DNA of 64,000 bases from Eledone cirrhosa (Eukaryota), in NCBI GenBank assembly GCA_964016885.1, contig OZ024740.1, forward strand, positions 438,836,001 to 438,900,000, written 5' to 3'. Made by a program: the position numbers and the translations under genes. The notes beneath the pieces were generated by a model, which saw only the letters and a program-made list of their open reading frames with translations, made no database searches and was not told where the DNA came from. This document shows, piece after piece, positions 10,628 through 25,520 of this stretch. The number at the start of each line of letters is the position of its first letter. Within the stretch, counting starts at the first letter, position 1.

Positions 10628-11790
10628 TCAGGTTATAAATTGGGTGTTGAGTTCTAGTCTATTATTGATTGGTGGTTGTGTTTTATCTATAATTAGTGCT
10701 TCCTTAATTCTAAGATTGCCGAGGTTTCTTTCCTTAGTTTCTATCCTAACTGTTATGGTTTTGTCGGTGTTTTTACATTTAACTAGATGTTTCTTAAATG
10801 AGGAAGGGTTAGTATTGAGGTGTTCTTTTATTCTTATGTGGAGTGGTCTGGTGGTGCTACCTACGTAGAAGTTGTTGCATTTGTCACACTCTAGTCTGTA
10901 TACGACGTAAGCCTGGTGGCATAGGTCTGTGTCGTTGATGGGGCAGTTGGCTAGTCTGCAGCAGTTGTCATGTCTGGTGGAGTGTCTCTTGGCCAGCCGT
11001 CCGCGCAGAGAAGGACCCGAGTGGGCCAGTTGGAGATCCCGTCCCTCTCGTCTGATGGCTCTGCGGATGGCTGTTGTTGTTTCTTCACTGAAGTGTGGGA
11101 GCTTCAGGAAGCAAGTGTTAGTGCCTCGGGTGTGGTGTCCTCTGTTCTTTCTGGCATGGTTTGTGGTGGATGTCGTGTATCCGTTCAGTTTGAGTACATA
11201 CAGGAAATGTGTGGTGTGTGTGTCTCGGTCTCTAGCGTCGGTGCATTTGTTTCGGATACGTGCCAGTTCGTTCCTTATGTATCCGAACTTGGCACTGAGT
11301 GGGAGGGCCGATCTGAAATGTACGAACAGGTCCCTGCTGGCGGCTTTTTTATAGAAGCAGGTGTGGATGTTGCCTTCCTCTGTTACCCTGAGTTGGAAGT
11401 CCAGTAGGGATAGGGATCCGCGGTCATCGGGGTGTTCCATGCTGAACTTTATACTGGCGTCCACGCTGGAGAATGTTGTGTATATTTTATCTGCCTCCTC
11501 ACGGGATGATGTAAGAATGAGTATGTCATCTACATATCGGGTGAAGAAGGCATGGGATTGGCAGGTGTTGAGGGCTCGGCATTCTAGCGGGTTCATGTAG
11601 GTGATGTCCAGCAGGCCCGATAGGCTGGATCCCATGGGTAATCCTGTTGTCTGTCTGTATGTGTGGTGGTGGAAGGTGAAGTACGTGTTGTCTACTGTGA
11701 AGGTCAAAAGCTGGTGTATGTCCGTCGGGTGGAGGCCGTAGCAGTGGATGTCCTCTGCGACCACGCAGTCCGTCAATAAATCGACAGCTG
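10628..11790 (-). CDS. PLE reverse transcriptase (5'-truncated) + Cys linker + GIY-YIG endonuclease (Neptune/Nematis-like)
   Basis: YRQTTGLPMGSSLS (motif B), RYVDDIL, SLLDF, YKK, CRLANCPI..DLC and VVYRLECDKCNNFYVGSTTRPL.IRIKEH. There are no stops over about 385 aa. The annotated Met derives from the inversion junction. Confidence 0.92.
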
Positions 11791-11794
11791 GATG

Positions 11795-12270
11795 AGCTCC
11801 CACACTTCAGTGAAGAAACAACAACAGCCATCCGCAGAGCCATCAGACGAGAGGGACGGGATCTCCAACTGGCCCACTCGGGTCCTTCTCTGCGCGGACG
11901 GCTGGCCAAGAGACACTCCACCAGACATGACAACTGCTGCAGACTAGCCAACTGCCCCATCAACGTCAAAGACCTATGCCACCAGGCTTACGTCGTATAC
12001 AGACTAGAGTGTGACAAAAGCAACAACTTCTACGTAGGTAGCACAACCAGACCACTCCACATAAGAATAAAAGAACACCTCAATACTAACCCTTCCTCAT
12101 TTAAGAAACACCTAATTAAATGCAAAAACACCGACAAAACCATAACAGTTAGGATAGAAACTAAGGAAAGAAACCTCGGCAATCTTAGAATTAAGGAAGC
12201 ACTAATTATAGATAAAACACAACCACCAATCAATAATAGACTAGAACTCAACACCCAAGTTATAACCTGA
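11795..12270 (+). pseudogene. Inverted duplicate of the PLE linker + GIY-YIG domain
   Basis: Same sequence as about 10628-11103 on the opposite strand with scattered substitutions (mirror ORFs 10644..10868+ and 12030..12254-). Confidence 0.88.
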
Positions 12271-12664
12271 TAGGGCTTCTAGCCCCATATTTACACACAC
12301 CCCACACACACACGCACGCGCACACACACACGCTTACACCTCCACTTATTCTCTCTCACACATACACACAAAAAACCAGTTCTAACACCAGATAACACCT
12401 ATCCCCCACATTTACGAATAGACTTATCTTCTCACACTCACACACTGACATACTTACACCTTCATGCATTCTCCCACACACTTATACAGTAATGTATATA
12501 AAATAAAAAAATAAAAAAAACCTAAACAAACCCCTTTTAAAGGGAGACTACTCTTTATCCACCTAATTTTAACTCTTTGAAATTAGTGATAGAACAGATA
12601 CTCTATACTATTTCCTGTCAGCGTGGCTTGGCAAGATATTTAGAACGCTGGTTTGAGACCTTTA

Positions 12665-12705
12665 TTTCCCTCTGAAGAAGAGATATTATCTCGAAAATTA
12701 AGGAC
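12665..12705 (+). ncRNA. Hammerhead-like motif in the PLE 3' UTR (mirror copy at about 10200-10240, minus)
   Basis: CTGAAGA-a-GAGAtattaTCTC-GAAA. Stem III, the cleavage site and stem I are not canonical. Confidence 0.45.
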
Positions 12706-12863
12706 ATTTAAATAAATCTAAGGTAAAGAACGAATAGTCAACAATATCTTTTACAATTGCATTCTTTTTTCTATGTCCATACCTGCATTGTTTTGGCTTT
12801 ATTACACATATTCAAACGTTTATACCTCATTACACAATGCTTCAAGTGAACTATAACCTCCTC

Positions 12864-12928
<65 letters not shown>

Positions 12929-13067
12929 TAATATATTACGGGTTGAGTCGGAGGTAACCACAGTAAATAAGTTACTCATTACATAGCAGAGTATAAATGT
13001 TTTAATATAGATGAGATTCTACGGGACTAGAACTGTTTCATTGTGTATATGTGTATATATATATGTC

Positions 13068-13115
<48 letters not shown>

Positions 13116-13335
13116 CGTGTGTGTGTGTGTTTGTGTATGTGTGTATATATATATGTGTGTATATATGTGTATATATGTGTATATATATATATAAATATAT
13201 ATATATTGTTATACGTTCTGAGGGTCATGTTGCCAATAATGGTCCCAAAGTATAACAATATCGGTTTCAACACACGTTTTCAGATAAAGAATCTTGCTAA
13301 ACAAATTCAGAAACGAAATATATATATATATATAT

Positions 13336-14397
<1,062 letters not shown>

Positions 14398-14398
<1 letters not shown>

Positions 14399-14996
14399 TA
14401 AAATCAGTGCGAGCGATAACTCAATTAAGTTATCGGGAAAGTGGGAAAACAGAGGGAAGGAAACAAACACATGGTAGTAATGCAACGTAAAGAGAGGAAA
14501 ATAGAGACAAGTCAATGAATCATGTGGGCTTAAGTCCGACAAATCAAATTGACGAGGAGAAATAGACACGTCCGAGCCGCGAGAAGATTGAGAGGAAAGA
14601 AATTCAAGCAGGTCAGACGGGAGGAAGTGAGAGAGGGGGAGAAACAGAGAGGAAGTGAGTGAAAGTGTGAGGAAGGGGCCAGCCGAGAGTAAGTGACCAG
14701 AAGCGGGAGTTGAGGAAGGCAAGAGGTGAAGGAGAGAGAAAAGGTGATAGCAGTCAGTTGACAGAAAAAATACGAACCACAGCGAAGGGAAATTATATGT
14801 GAATGAAGAATGGCGTGCTGCGTTGTTGCGAACATGAACATATAAATAAAAATAGACCAAGAGATAAAATGTCCTCATTAGTATTCTGCTGTTTATCGTT
14901 GGTATTTCGACGCATTAAAGACTAAATACCTAAAATCAGTGCGAGCGATAACTCAATTAAGTTATCGGGACAGTGGGAAAACAGAGGGAAGGAAAC
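14398..14996. repeat. Element with about 70-bp direct terminal repeats (offset about 533 bp) around a purine-rich core
   Basis: CCTAAAATCAGTGCGAGCGATAACTCAATTAAGTTATCGGGA.AGTGGGAAAACAGAGGGAAGGAAACA occurs at about 14396 and 14929. Confidence 0.7.
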
Positions 14997-15044
14997 ACAC
15001 ACACATGTGTGTGCGTGTGTGTGTATGTGAATGTATCTGTTGAC

Positions 15045-15545
15045 ACCTGGAATATAGCTTAAGAGAAACATGACAATAATGATATGATAGGCACCCAATA
15101 TTTTGAACTGGTTTATAGAATTCTCTTGGCCTTTGTCACTCTAAGTAGAGCTTTAAAGAATTAGCTTTTAAAGAATTTCCCTTTTCTTTAAATCCATCAA
15201 TCATGACCGACCCCCAACAATCTTATAGACACCTGAAATATAGGCATTGTTAGATTAAGAGAAACTTAAAAATAAGGAGTGGCACCCCACTCTGAACTTG
15301 TTTATAGAATTCTTTCTGCCTTTGTCATTCTAAATATAAATTATAGCCTTAAAGCATTAGCTTTTAATGAATTCCCTTTTCTTTCAACCGATGACCCTCA
15401 CCCTTCCCACTCCCCATCCTTTCCTACCACCTGTAAAGATATAAATACCACAACATTTATTTTGGAAAGCCAGATTCCTGATGATTTCTAAAGAATGAAA
15501 CAGTTCTAGTCCTGTAGAATCTCATCTATATTAAAACTATATATA
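15045..15545 (+). mobile_element. PLE-terminus-like repeat with a diverged upstream tandem subunit, ending in TA
   Basis: CACCTG...GGCACCC...GAAC..GTTTATAGAATTCT occurs twice (about 15045 and 15230). The 3' part matches 2402-2640 in reverse complement. Confidence 0.65.
15472..15512 (+). ncRNA. Minimal hammerhead-like motif
   Basis: GATTC-CTGATGA-tTTCtaaaGAAt-GAAA-CAGT-TC-tAGTC. The core is intact and the stems are short. Confidence 0.6.
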
Positions 15546-15547
15546 TA

Positions 15548-15677
15548 TAAACGGAAAAAAATGAAACGAAATTTCATTTCCCACTCTTAGTACGGCTGTT
15601 ACTTAAATATAAGTATGTACACGTAACAGCCGTACTAAGAGTGGGAAATGAAATTTCGTTTCATATTTTCCGTTTAT
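15548..15677. repeat. Near-perfect palindrome, arms about 54 bp, spacer about 20 bp
   Basis: AAACGGAAAA..ATGAAACGAAATTTCATTTCCCACTCTTAGTACGGCTGTTAC / GTAACAGCCGTACTAAGAGTGGGAAATGAAATTTCGTTTCAT.TTTTCCGTTT. Confidence 0.93.
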
Positions 15678-15999
15678 CGTTTTTGGTGCACCCGGCCGAT
15701 TTACCCACTCGATATGCAAATTGGGCTACTCAGCCGTTAATATGCATAAGGTAAGTATATACGTTCAACAATCTGGCAGGAAGGTAGACGTTGCTGACAA
15801 TAGCTAATAAGCTTAAAACTAGTGCAGCGTTCCTTTGTCAGTGTTGAACAAACGAGCAACGATCGTTGCTGGACACTACGGCTTAATACGGGATGTTTGT
15901 TTACAAACACACCGAGCATTATAATAAATGTTCGGTGAATCCATACGTACATATATATATGTGTGCATGTATGTATATATATATACATACTACTGTACG

Positions 16000-16043
<44 letters not shown>

Positions 16044-17030
16044 TTAATACAATAACAGAGATAGTTTAAAGCTAATCTCTGACTGGTAACCATCTCACTC
16101 AACAAACATTAGGTTATATTTTAATATAAACCCAATTTAAGTGTTTGGGGTGCTAACAATATGTATTATGTGGAAAAGCCAGTTGTATTATTTTATGAGA
16201 TATAATTAAAGTTAAAATATATCTCTCATTCCAAACAATTGTTTCATTATAAGTTTTCTACAAATTGGGAGAATATTTCCAGTTTATGTAGAAGCCTAAT
16301 ATACATTCATGTAAGAATATATTTAGGTGGGCGTTTATAAATCATCAGTGGAAGCCCATTAAACTTTGATATAAGAAAAACATTTCTTACCACAGTTAAA
16401 AATCGTGTCTGTTAAGTTGCTCCTTCCCGCATCGAACGACCGGCAAATTTGAAATTCCAGCAGTTTTTGACTGAGGAAGTATTATAGCGTCACTAAGCGG
16501 GAAGGGGAGACAACTATGATCCACGAAAGGAGGAAAAAAATAATATACACGCGGGTTAATCAGTTTTTTCGAAAACATTATCAATCCAACGTGTTAAGAA
16601 CTCAATTGAAATTAAACAAATAAATATATGCGTGTATAAATTACACACGCATATAAATATTTTCTTAGGCTAAAATCAGAGGTTGTACCTGAATAGGAAA
16701 CCGCATCTCGTAATCGTAGTAAATACGGAAAGTTATGCTTTAAAGGGCAACTGGGAATGTAAATCTCCGGCCGAATTAAGAGTAAACATCACGGACGCTC
16801 TATCTCAAAATTATTTTTGAAAATTATTTTTGAAAAGCATTTAGAAATGCGCAACCGGTTAAACTTAAAACCAAAACTGAATACTAACCAATACAATTAC
16901 TAATTCTCATTTATTTCTAATTAAACTATTTTTCACTGTGAACAATTTGTCAGCATTTTCTATTCCGTTTACCAATATTTAATAACTTGTGTGTTACCTC
17001 TCTATTCTTTTAACTATATATATATATATA

Positions 17031-17224
17031 CAAAGGAATTGTGGTAAGGAGCCAGATGGACCATAACGCACCAGAGTACTCAATACTTAGGGTAGTAGAG
17101 TGGGAAATAGGAAAAAGTATGACCCCGACGGCAGAGCTCAAGCAGTTTTGACGGCTATTTCTTGAGTCCAGAAATAGCCGTCGAAACGGCTTGAACTCTG
17201 CCGTCGTGGTCATACTTTTTCCTA

Positions 17225-17225
<1 letters not shown>
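17031..17225. mobile_element. Fragment of the 5594 family with a foldback (arms 17107-17162 / 17170-17225)
   Basis: Match to 5597-5730. The palindrome is centred at about 17166, between (TA)n and (TC)n. Confidence 0.8.
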
Positions 17226-17321
<96 letters not shown>

Positions 17322-17365
17322 TGTATATATAATATATATATGTATATATATATACATATACATAC

Positions 17366-17413
<48 letters not shown>

Positions 17414-17525
17414 GTGTATGTATATATATATGTAAGAGGCAAACAGAAATGATACAAATAACAAAACAAACGGCACAGTATATGGCCGAAATATATTAAT
17501 TTAAGGCTGAAATACCAGGAAGAGC

Positions 17526-17563
17526 ATCTTAACGCCTCGGACACTTGTCGTTCATCAGAAGAT
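17526..17563 (-). ncRNA. Decayed minimal hammerhead in a PLE-terminus-like fragment (about 17432-17700)
   Basis: Minus strand reads ATCTT-CTGATGA-acGACaagtGTCc-GAGG-CG-TT-AAGAT. Stem I is a perfect 5 bp, but GAAA is mutated to GAGG. Confidence 0.45.
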
Positions 17564-17994
17564 ATAGAAGTAGAAGATAAATAGAAAGAAAAGAGTGATG
17601 AGGGGAAGGAACGGGGGGAATGAGAGTAAAAATGAGAAGAAAAAAGCACACGTGCTTATTCAAGGATACTTTTCCAAAGGGGATATGGAAAAAAATAACA
17701 CATTTAAGAAAGGTATTCAATATGTCAGTTGATTCCATAGGAAGGAAACAGTTCTAGTCTTGTAAAAGTAATTCCTCTATAAAATATATATATAGCCGGC
17801 TGACTTATGAAACAGTGAGAAAAGTAGGAATTTTAAATGTGCTCCCTTAATGTTAATGACAATAATAATAGTCGACGGCTATATACAGTTGAGAAAATTG
17901 CCTATGGTCTCCCTGGAGACGGAGAAGTGTGGGCAGAGGCACCTGCGACGTAGCGGCCACTGTCCACTTTGTCTGTCTCCTGAGGTACATTACT

Positions 17995-18589
<595 letters not shown>

Positions 18590-18850
18590 ATGTGTGTGTG
18601 TGTGTATAATATTTGTTATTAATAGTGACTTTTTAGATGGACAAAACCTGGAAATAATCCGTCACAGTTAATATGAAATATTACAAGGACTCTATAGACA
18701 GCATATGAGGCCTTCACTCAATGTATGTTTAGTGTGTTTATTACAGAAACATGTGAAGCAAAGTATACACACATATAGACATACACACACACACGCATAT
18801 ATATATTCACACAAACATATACGTATATATATATATATTTATATATAAAA

Positions 18851-18895
<45 letters not shown>

Positions 18896-18933
18896 TGACG
18901 TAAAATAAGAAAATTATAAAAATATAATTAAAA

Positions 18934-20754
<1,821 letters not shown>

Positions 20755-20782
20755 AAAAAGAAGAATACTTCGAATAATTATG

Positions 20783-20823
<41 letters not shown>

Positions 20824-22461
20824 GTGTCTTGTGTGTGTGTGTGTATACATCTATGTGTGTGTATGTATATATATATCTATGTGTGTGATGGTATTATAAG
20901 GAAATGATTCAGCCTGGTGAGATGACTAACATTTAATCTATCAAAAACCTTCAGAGATAAAAGTAGACTTTTTTTTATTCTATCTGCAATATGATGCTTT
21001 AAGATAACTTTACCAATTCCATCCTGGTGTTCATCCAAACATATATTATCTTTGAATAATTGCTGTAAAAACATCGACTATTAACAATATGCAAGCAGCA
21101 TGATATAAAAGAAAGAAAAATGGCTTTAAAATGGAATTGGGCTGGATCTTAACAGCAAAATGAGACAGTAGCTTGGGAAAACAATATATTTTAAATATGC
21201 TTATAACCAACATGGAAACCAAACACCTTTGAATTATTTTATAATATAAACCAACTATCATACTGAATTTATTGGTTTTTCTCTTGGCACCAGCCAAACC
21301 CTGACATGGATAAAACATTTCCAGCATATGCATATTAACTATGGAACTTGCGGATTACAGTAGCTTCCTTTGACATAATCGCATTTCATCGAGAGAAAAA
21401 CAATATTTATAATTCACAATAGGCATTTTTCTGAATACATCTACGTTTGCCCATTAAACCTTCATGGAGATATTTCACGAATGACCAATTAACTAAGAAG
21501 TCTCAAGAGGAATATGGTAAGGGACCAGAAAACCCAATGTAATAAACGCAAGAGTCATAGGAAAGCCAAAATATGAACAACTAATAGTTTTACTCATTGC
21601 AATCATAAATGTATTCTTTCCTACACTAGTGTTCACACGTAAGCATCTAGATATATACATACACAATATTTTGTTTAGTTTTCTGTCTTTTCCTGTATTA
21701 ACATACATGCACACATAAGCATTAATATGCATAGGCATGCTGTATTTTATATATTCATGTAATATTTATACACGTATATGAGTTCATGTATAACATTTAA
21801 GACATCAAATTTCTGTACATGTCTCCCCGATAGGAATATTACTTTTAGCCTGGAATCAAACTTTAAAGCACAAACGAACAGTAGGCCCATGTCGACATGA
21901 CATTTTTGTAAGTTTAAATATGAATGTCTGTGAGTAGTTCCATGTAGACCATTACTAAATGTAGTCAAGTTTGGTAAGAATGAACATTTCTGAGCTAGTA
22001 ATATTTCATGGAATAATCATGTTAGATATACAAGCAAGACCTTTCAACTATACTCATCGATATTTCTATTTCGATATAAATATACTAACAAAACAGGATT
22101 ATATAAAACCATTTAGTTACAATTTCTATTGTTGTAGTAAATAGGAATTACTAAATTGATGTCTGCTGAAATGTTGCTACTGTAATGATGGTAATGAACC
22201 CCATAAACGGACGTTGGAGATATAACTGAGGATTTTCAGTGTAAAATGTAATGGTAAGGGGCCCATAAACCGTAATAGAATCTTAGGGGCTCCATTCTGA
22301 CACATGGCGTGTCGTGAGCTTTTAAAACCTGGCGGAGTCCACCCCTCTACAGGTCTGAACACAACTGATTTTTACCAGAGAACGAAAGGATATGAGTGAG
22401 AGAGAGGGAAAGAGATTAATGTGGAGGAGTGAAAGAAGGATAAGTAAGAAAAAGGAAGAAC

Positions 22462-22530
22462 TATACTCAGTAATGTACTAGTACTTTATTTATCGACCTC
22501 AAAATGACGAAAGGCAAAGTTGTGTTCAGT
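22462..22530 (-). mobile_element. Degraded fragment of the Nin-type SINE
   Basis: GTACTTTATTTATCGACCTCAAAATGACGAAAGGCAAAGTT is the reverse complement of the SINE core. Confidence 0.6.
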
Positions 22531-23116
22531 GACTTAGTGTAGTTAGGAGTAAGTCATTGAAAGGCACATCACTTCTTTTTATATCTAATATAGGACTTTT
22601 CTTCAGTAATTAATTCTAATAGTTTTTGTAAATTGTTGCAGGTAGAAGTGGCAATGCCTGTGACATTACAAACCTTCCCAGAGTTTTGAGATACAACTGA
22701 CACCAACTATAAATACCTTCAGATCAATGTCTTGAAGGGGGGTGATCCTCGAATGAAAGATTATACTTAATTATTAAGAGACCATTAATTAGTAATTCAC
22801 AAGCAGATCAGATGGCCATCGAAGAGTAAGTGGCAAACGACTGGTTAAATCAGTAAACTTTCTCTTGCTTTTGATTTCTACTTAAAGCTAATTTACATAA
22901 TTGAACGACATATAATCCAATTCTCAGAAATAAATCAGTAAATTAATCGTAGAAATAAAACCATCTATCACATCAATAGATTAATTCTACAAGATATTTG
23001 AAAAATAGATAAAAGAGTTGAAAAATATTCCGTTGTACTTGAAATAAGTTTTTACTTGTGTAAAGTCAGCTAGTTGACAGTAACGGACGTTGAATTATAT
23101 AGCTTATATTATTTAA

Positions 23117-23305
23117 GGCGGTGGATTGGCAGTATCGGTAGAGGGTCAGCGCCATGCTTTGCAGCACAGTCTTACGTCCCTTTACGGACTAAGTTTAAAT
23201 CCCGCCGAGGTTAACTTTGCTTTTCATTCTTACGGGGTCGATAAGATAAAGTACTAGTAATGGACTGGGGTAATTGCTGGCCTTGTGCCAAAAGTAGAAA
23301 CAATT
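23117..23305 (+). mobile_element. tRNA/Nin-type SINE with about 11-bp TSD
   Basis: Full-length copy. ATTATT[T/C]AAGG occurs on both sides (about 23108 and 23303). Confidence 0.88.
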
Positions 23306-23344
23306 ATTCAAGGTCGTCCACCTACGTTGAATTATATAGCTATA

Positions 23345-25163
23345 CTAGCAGTGGTACGCGGCGTTGCACGGAATAAGGTATTTTGGAACGCGGGCCGCCA
23401 ACAGACCTAATCGTGGAAAAACTGCATGCGTGGACAATATGTAAAAAAATAAACCGAATATTCTGATGGCTGGATAATCTATAAGATTTTCCTCGATGAA
23501 GCAGGAAAAATGTAGGTTTTGACCTAATGCGGGCCCTAGGGGATCAAGAAAATGAATTTTTTTATGTGCATATTATGCCTTGACATTTCGGGAAAATCGG
23601 CTAGACGTAACGCCTCAAAAAAGCCCTAAGAAGCTGAAATAATGAAGTTTTTCACCTAATGCGGGCGCTAGGCCATAGAAAGTTTGATTTTTTTTGCTTA
23701 CGGTATGAAGAAGAGACTGACTAATATATAGTTACAATTTCAAGGAAATCGTTCTGATGTAACGCCTCAAAAAACCCCTAAAAATCTTTAAAAACGCAGT
23801 TTTTCACCTAATGCGGGCCCTAGGAGATAAAAGAAAGTTGAATTTTCGTATGTGAATAACACTCCCTGACACATAAGTAATACACATGTAAACTTTGAAA
23901 AACATGGGTTGGGTACTTCTCCAGATTTAGGGATTCAAACTCACAGACACACACACAGACATACAGACAGATATTATAAGGGCGCGACAGTGGGTGGATT
24001 GGCAGTATCGGTAGAGGGTCGGACGCCATGCTTTCCAGCATAGTTACGTCCCTTTACGATCTGAGTTCAAATCCCGCCGAGGTTAACTTTGCCTTTCATC
24101 CTTACGGGGTCGATAAAATAAAGTACCAGTAATGAACTGGGTAATTGCTGGCCTTGTGCCTAAAGTAGAAACAATTATAAGGGCGCGACGTTATATGTAT
24201 GTATCTATCTAAAAAGAGAAAGACTAAGAATTATAGAGAGATATCGCTAAATCGCCTAATGCGGTCCCTGGGGCATTGAAAATTTGAAATTTCTTTTCTC
24301 AGAACACTCCCTGAAACATAAGTATTATATGTGTAAAGTTTGAAAACAGTCAGTTGGGTGCTTCTCTACAATACTAAGCGGTAAAATATTAACTTTTGTT
24401 CTCGTAAAGGCTCGTAATTAAACAAACTGAAGCTATGACAGCGATGTCTTTCTTTACCGGCTTTCATGTTTAGTGTTGTGTGAAATATATAACCTGCAAA
24501 CCTGAGTTTTGAATCGCAGCAGGGTCGACTTTATTTCACTCGCTCCACTAAAAGTTGGATTTTCTTTGCTCACGGTATGAAGAAGAGACTGACTAATACA
24601 TAGTTATCGGCTTTCATTTTTAGTGTTGTGTGAAATATATAACCGCCTTAGCTAAGCTTAGTATTGCCACAACCACGGCTGGCAAAGAAGTAAGGGTCTG
24701 GTGGTATGTAACTAAGCAACACTGTGGGTTAAAACGTGAGGAAGAAGTTGTGTGCACCTACCAACTGTTTGGGGAATGAGTGTGAGATTTGTCTTTAGCA
24801 AGAATAACCGGAGGCAGCAGACAGCCAGGCATACACACAGATATTATAAGGGCGCGTCCTGGACGGAGAGGTAATTTTGGGAAGTGACGTAATGCAGACA
24901 GCCAGACATACAGACATATATTATAAGGGCGCGACGTTATATGTATGTATCTATCTAAAAAGAGAAAGACTAAGAATTATAGAGCGAAATCGCCGAATGC
25001 GGTCCCTTGGGCATAGAAAATTTGAATTTGTTTTTGCTCAGAACACTCCCGGAAATATAGGTATTACATGTGTAAAGTTTGAAAACAGTAGGTTGGGTGG
25101 TTCTCGAGTTTTAGAGATTCGAACTCGCACACACACAGACGTCCTCAGTTTTATATATATAGA
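23345..25163 (-). mobile_element. Non-autonomous Helitron
   Basis: Minus strand begins TCTATATATATAAAA and ends CCGTGCAACGCCGCG(hairpin)TACCACTG-CTAG. It sits between A and T without a TSD, and removing it restores a 41-bp repeat unit. Internal subrepeats include CCTAATGCGGGCCCTAGG-like x5 and CAGA-like microsatellites. Confidence 0.85.
23989..24173 (+). mobile_element. tRNA/Nin-type SINE nested in the Helitron, 16-bp TSD
   Basis: TSD ATTATAAGGGCGCGAC at 23973-23988 and 24174-24189. The empty site is present in the internal duplicate at about 24920. Confidence 0.92.
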
Positions 25164-25336
25164 TTATTCAAGGTCATCCACTTACGTTGAATTATATAGC
25201 TATATTATTCAAGGTCATCAAGTTACGTTGAATTATATAGCTATATTATTCAAGGTCATCAAGTTACGTTGAATTATATAGCTATATTATTCAAGGTCAT
25301 CAAGTTACGTTGAATTATATAGCTATACTATTCAAG
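25164..25336. repeat. 41-bp tandem repeat, about 4.2 copies (further unit pieces at 23088-23118 and 23303-23344)
   Basis: TATATTATTCAAGGTCATCAAGTTACGTTGAATTATATAGC at 25201, 25242 and 25283. Confidence 0.95.
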
Positions 25337-25520
25337 CTCGGTAACCTACGCCCAGGGTTTAAATCAGCCGAGTTCGAATCTCTTAGAAATGATTAAAACA
25401 TTTACAATTGCTTATATTCTTCGGTTTAAAACATTGGCCTTGCTGTCTGAAAAGAAAATATATTCGTGATCTTATTATATGTCTGAATAAGAGGGTTAAA
25501 TCTGAACAGTCATGAAGATA

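Larger units (their letters stand above)
10084..12866. mobile_element. Penelope-like element with inverted 3' duplicate (2.8-kb foldback) in (TA)n
   Basis: 11795-12823 is the reverse complement of about 10084-11103, with a unique RT segment between. TA arrays flank both sides. Tail-outward inverted structure is typical of PLE insertions. Confidence 0.92.

Noticed and set aside
10929-11969. Additional overlapping ORFs in the PLE, and similar ones at 19701-20752 in the LINE
   Set aside because: They are antisense or alternative-frame shadows of GC-richer retroelement ORFs.
20877-22362. Short ORFs in unique AT-rich DNA as host genes
   Set aside because: They are under 100 aa with no recognisable domain and only weak splice signals.
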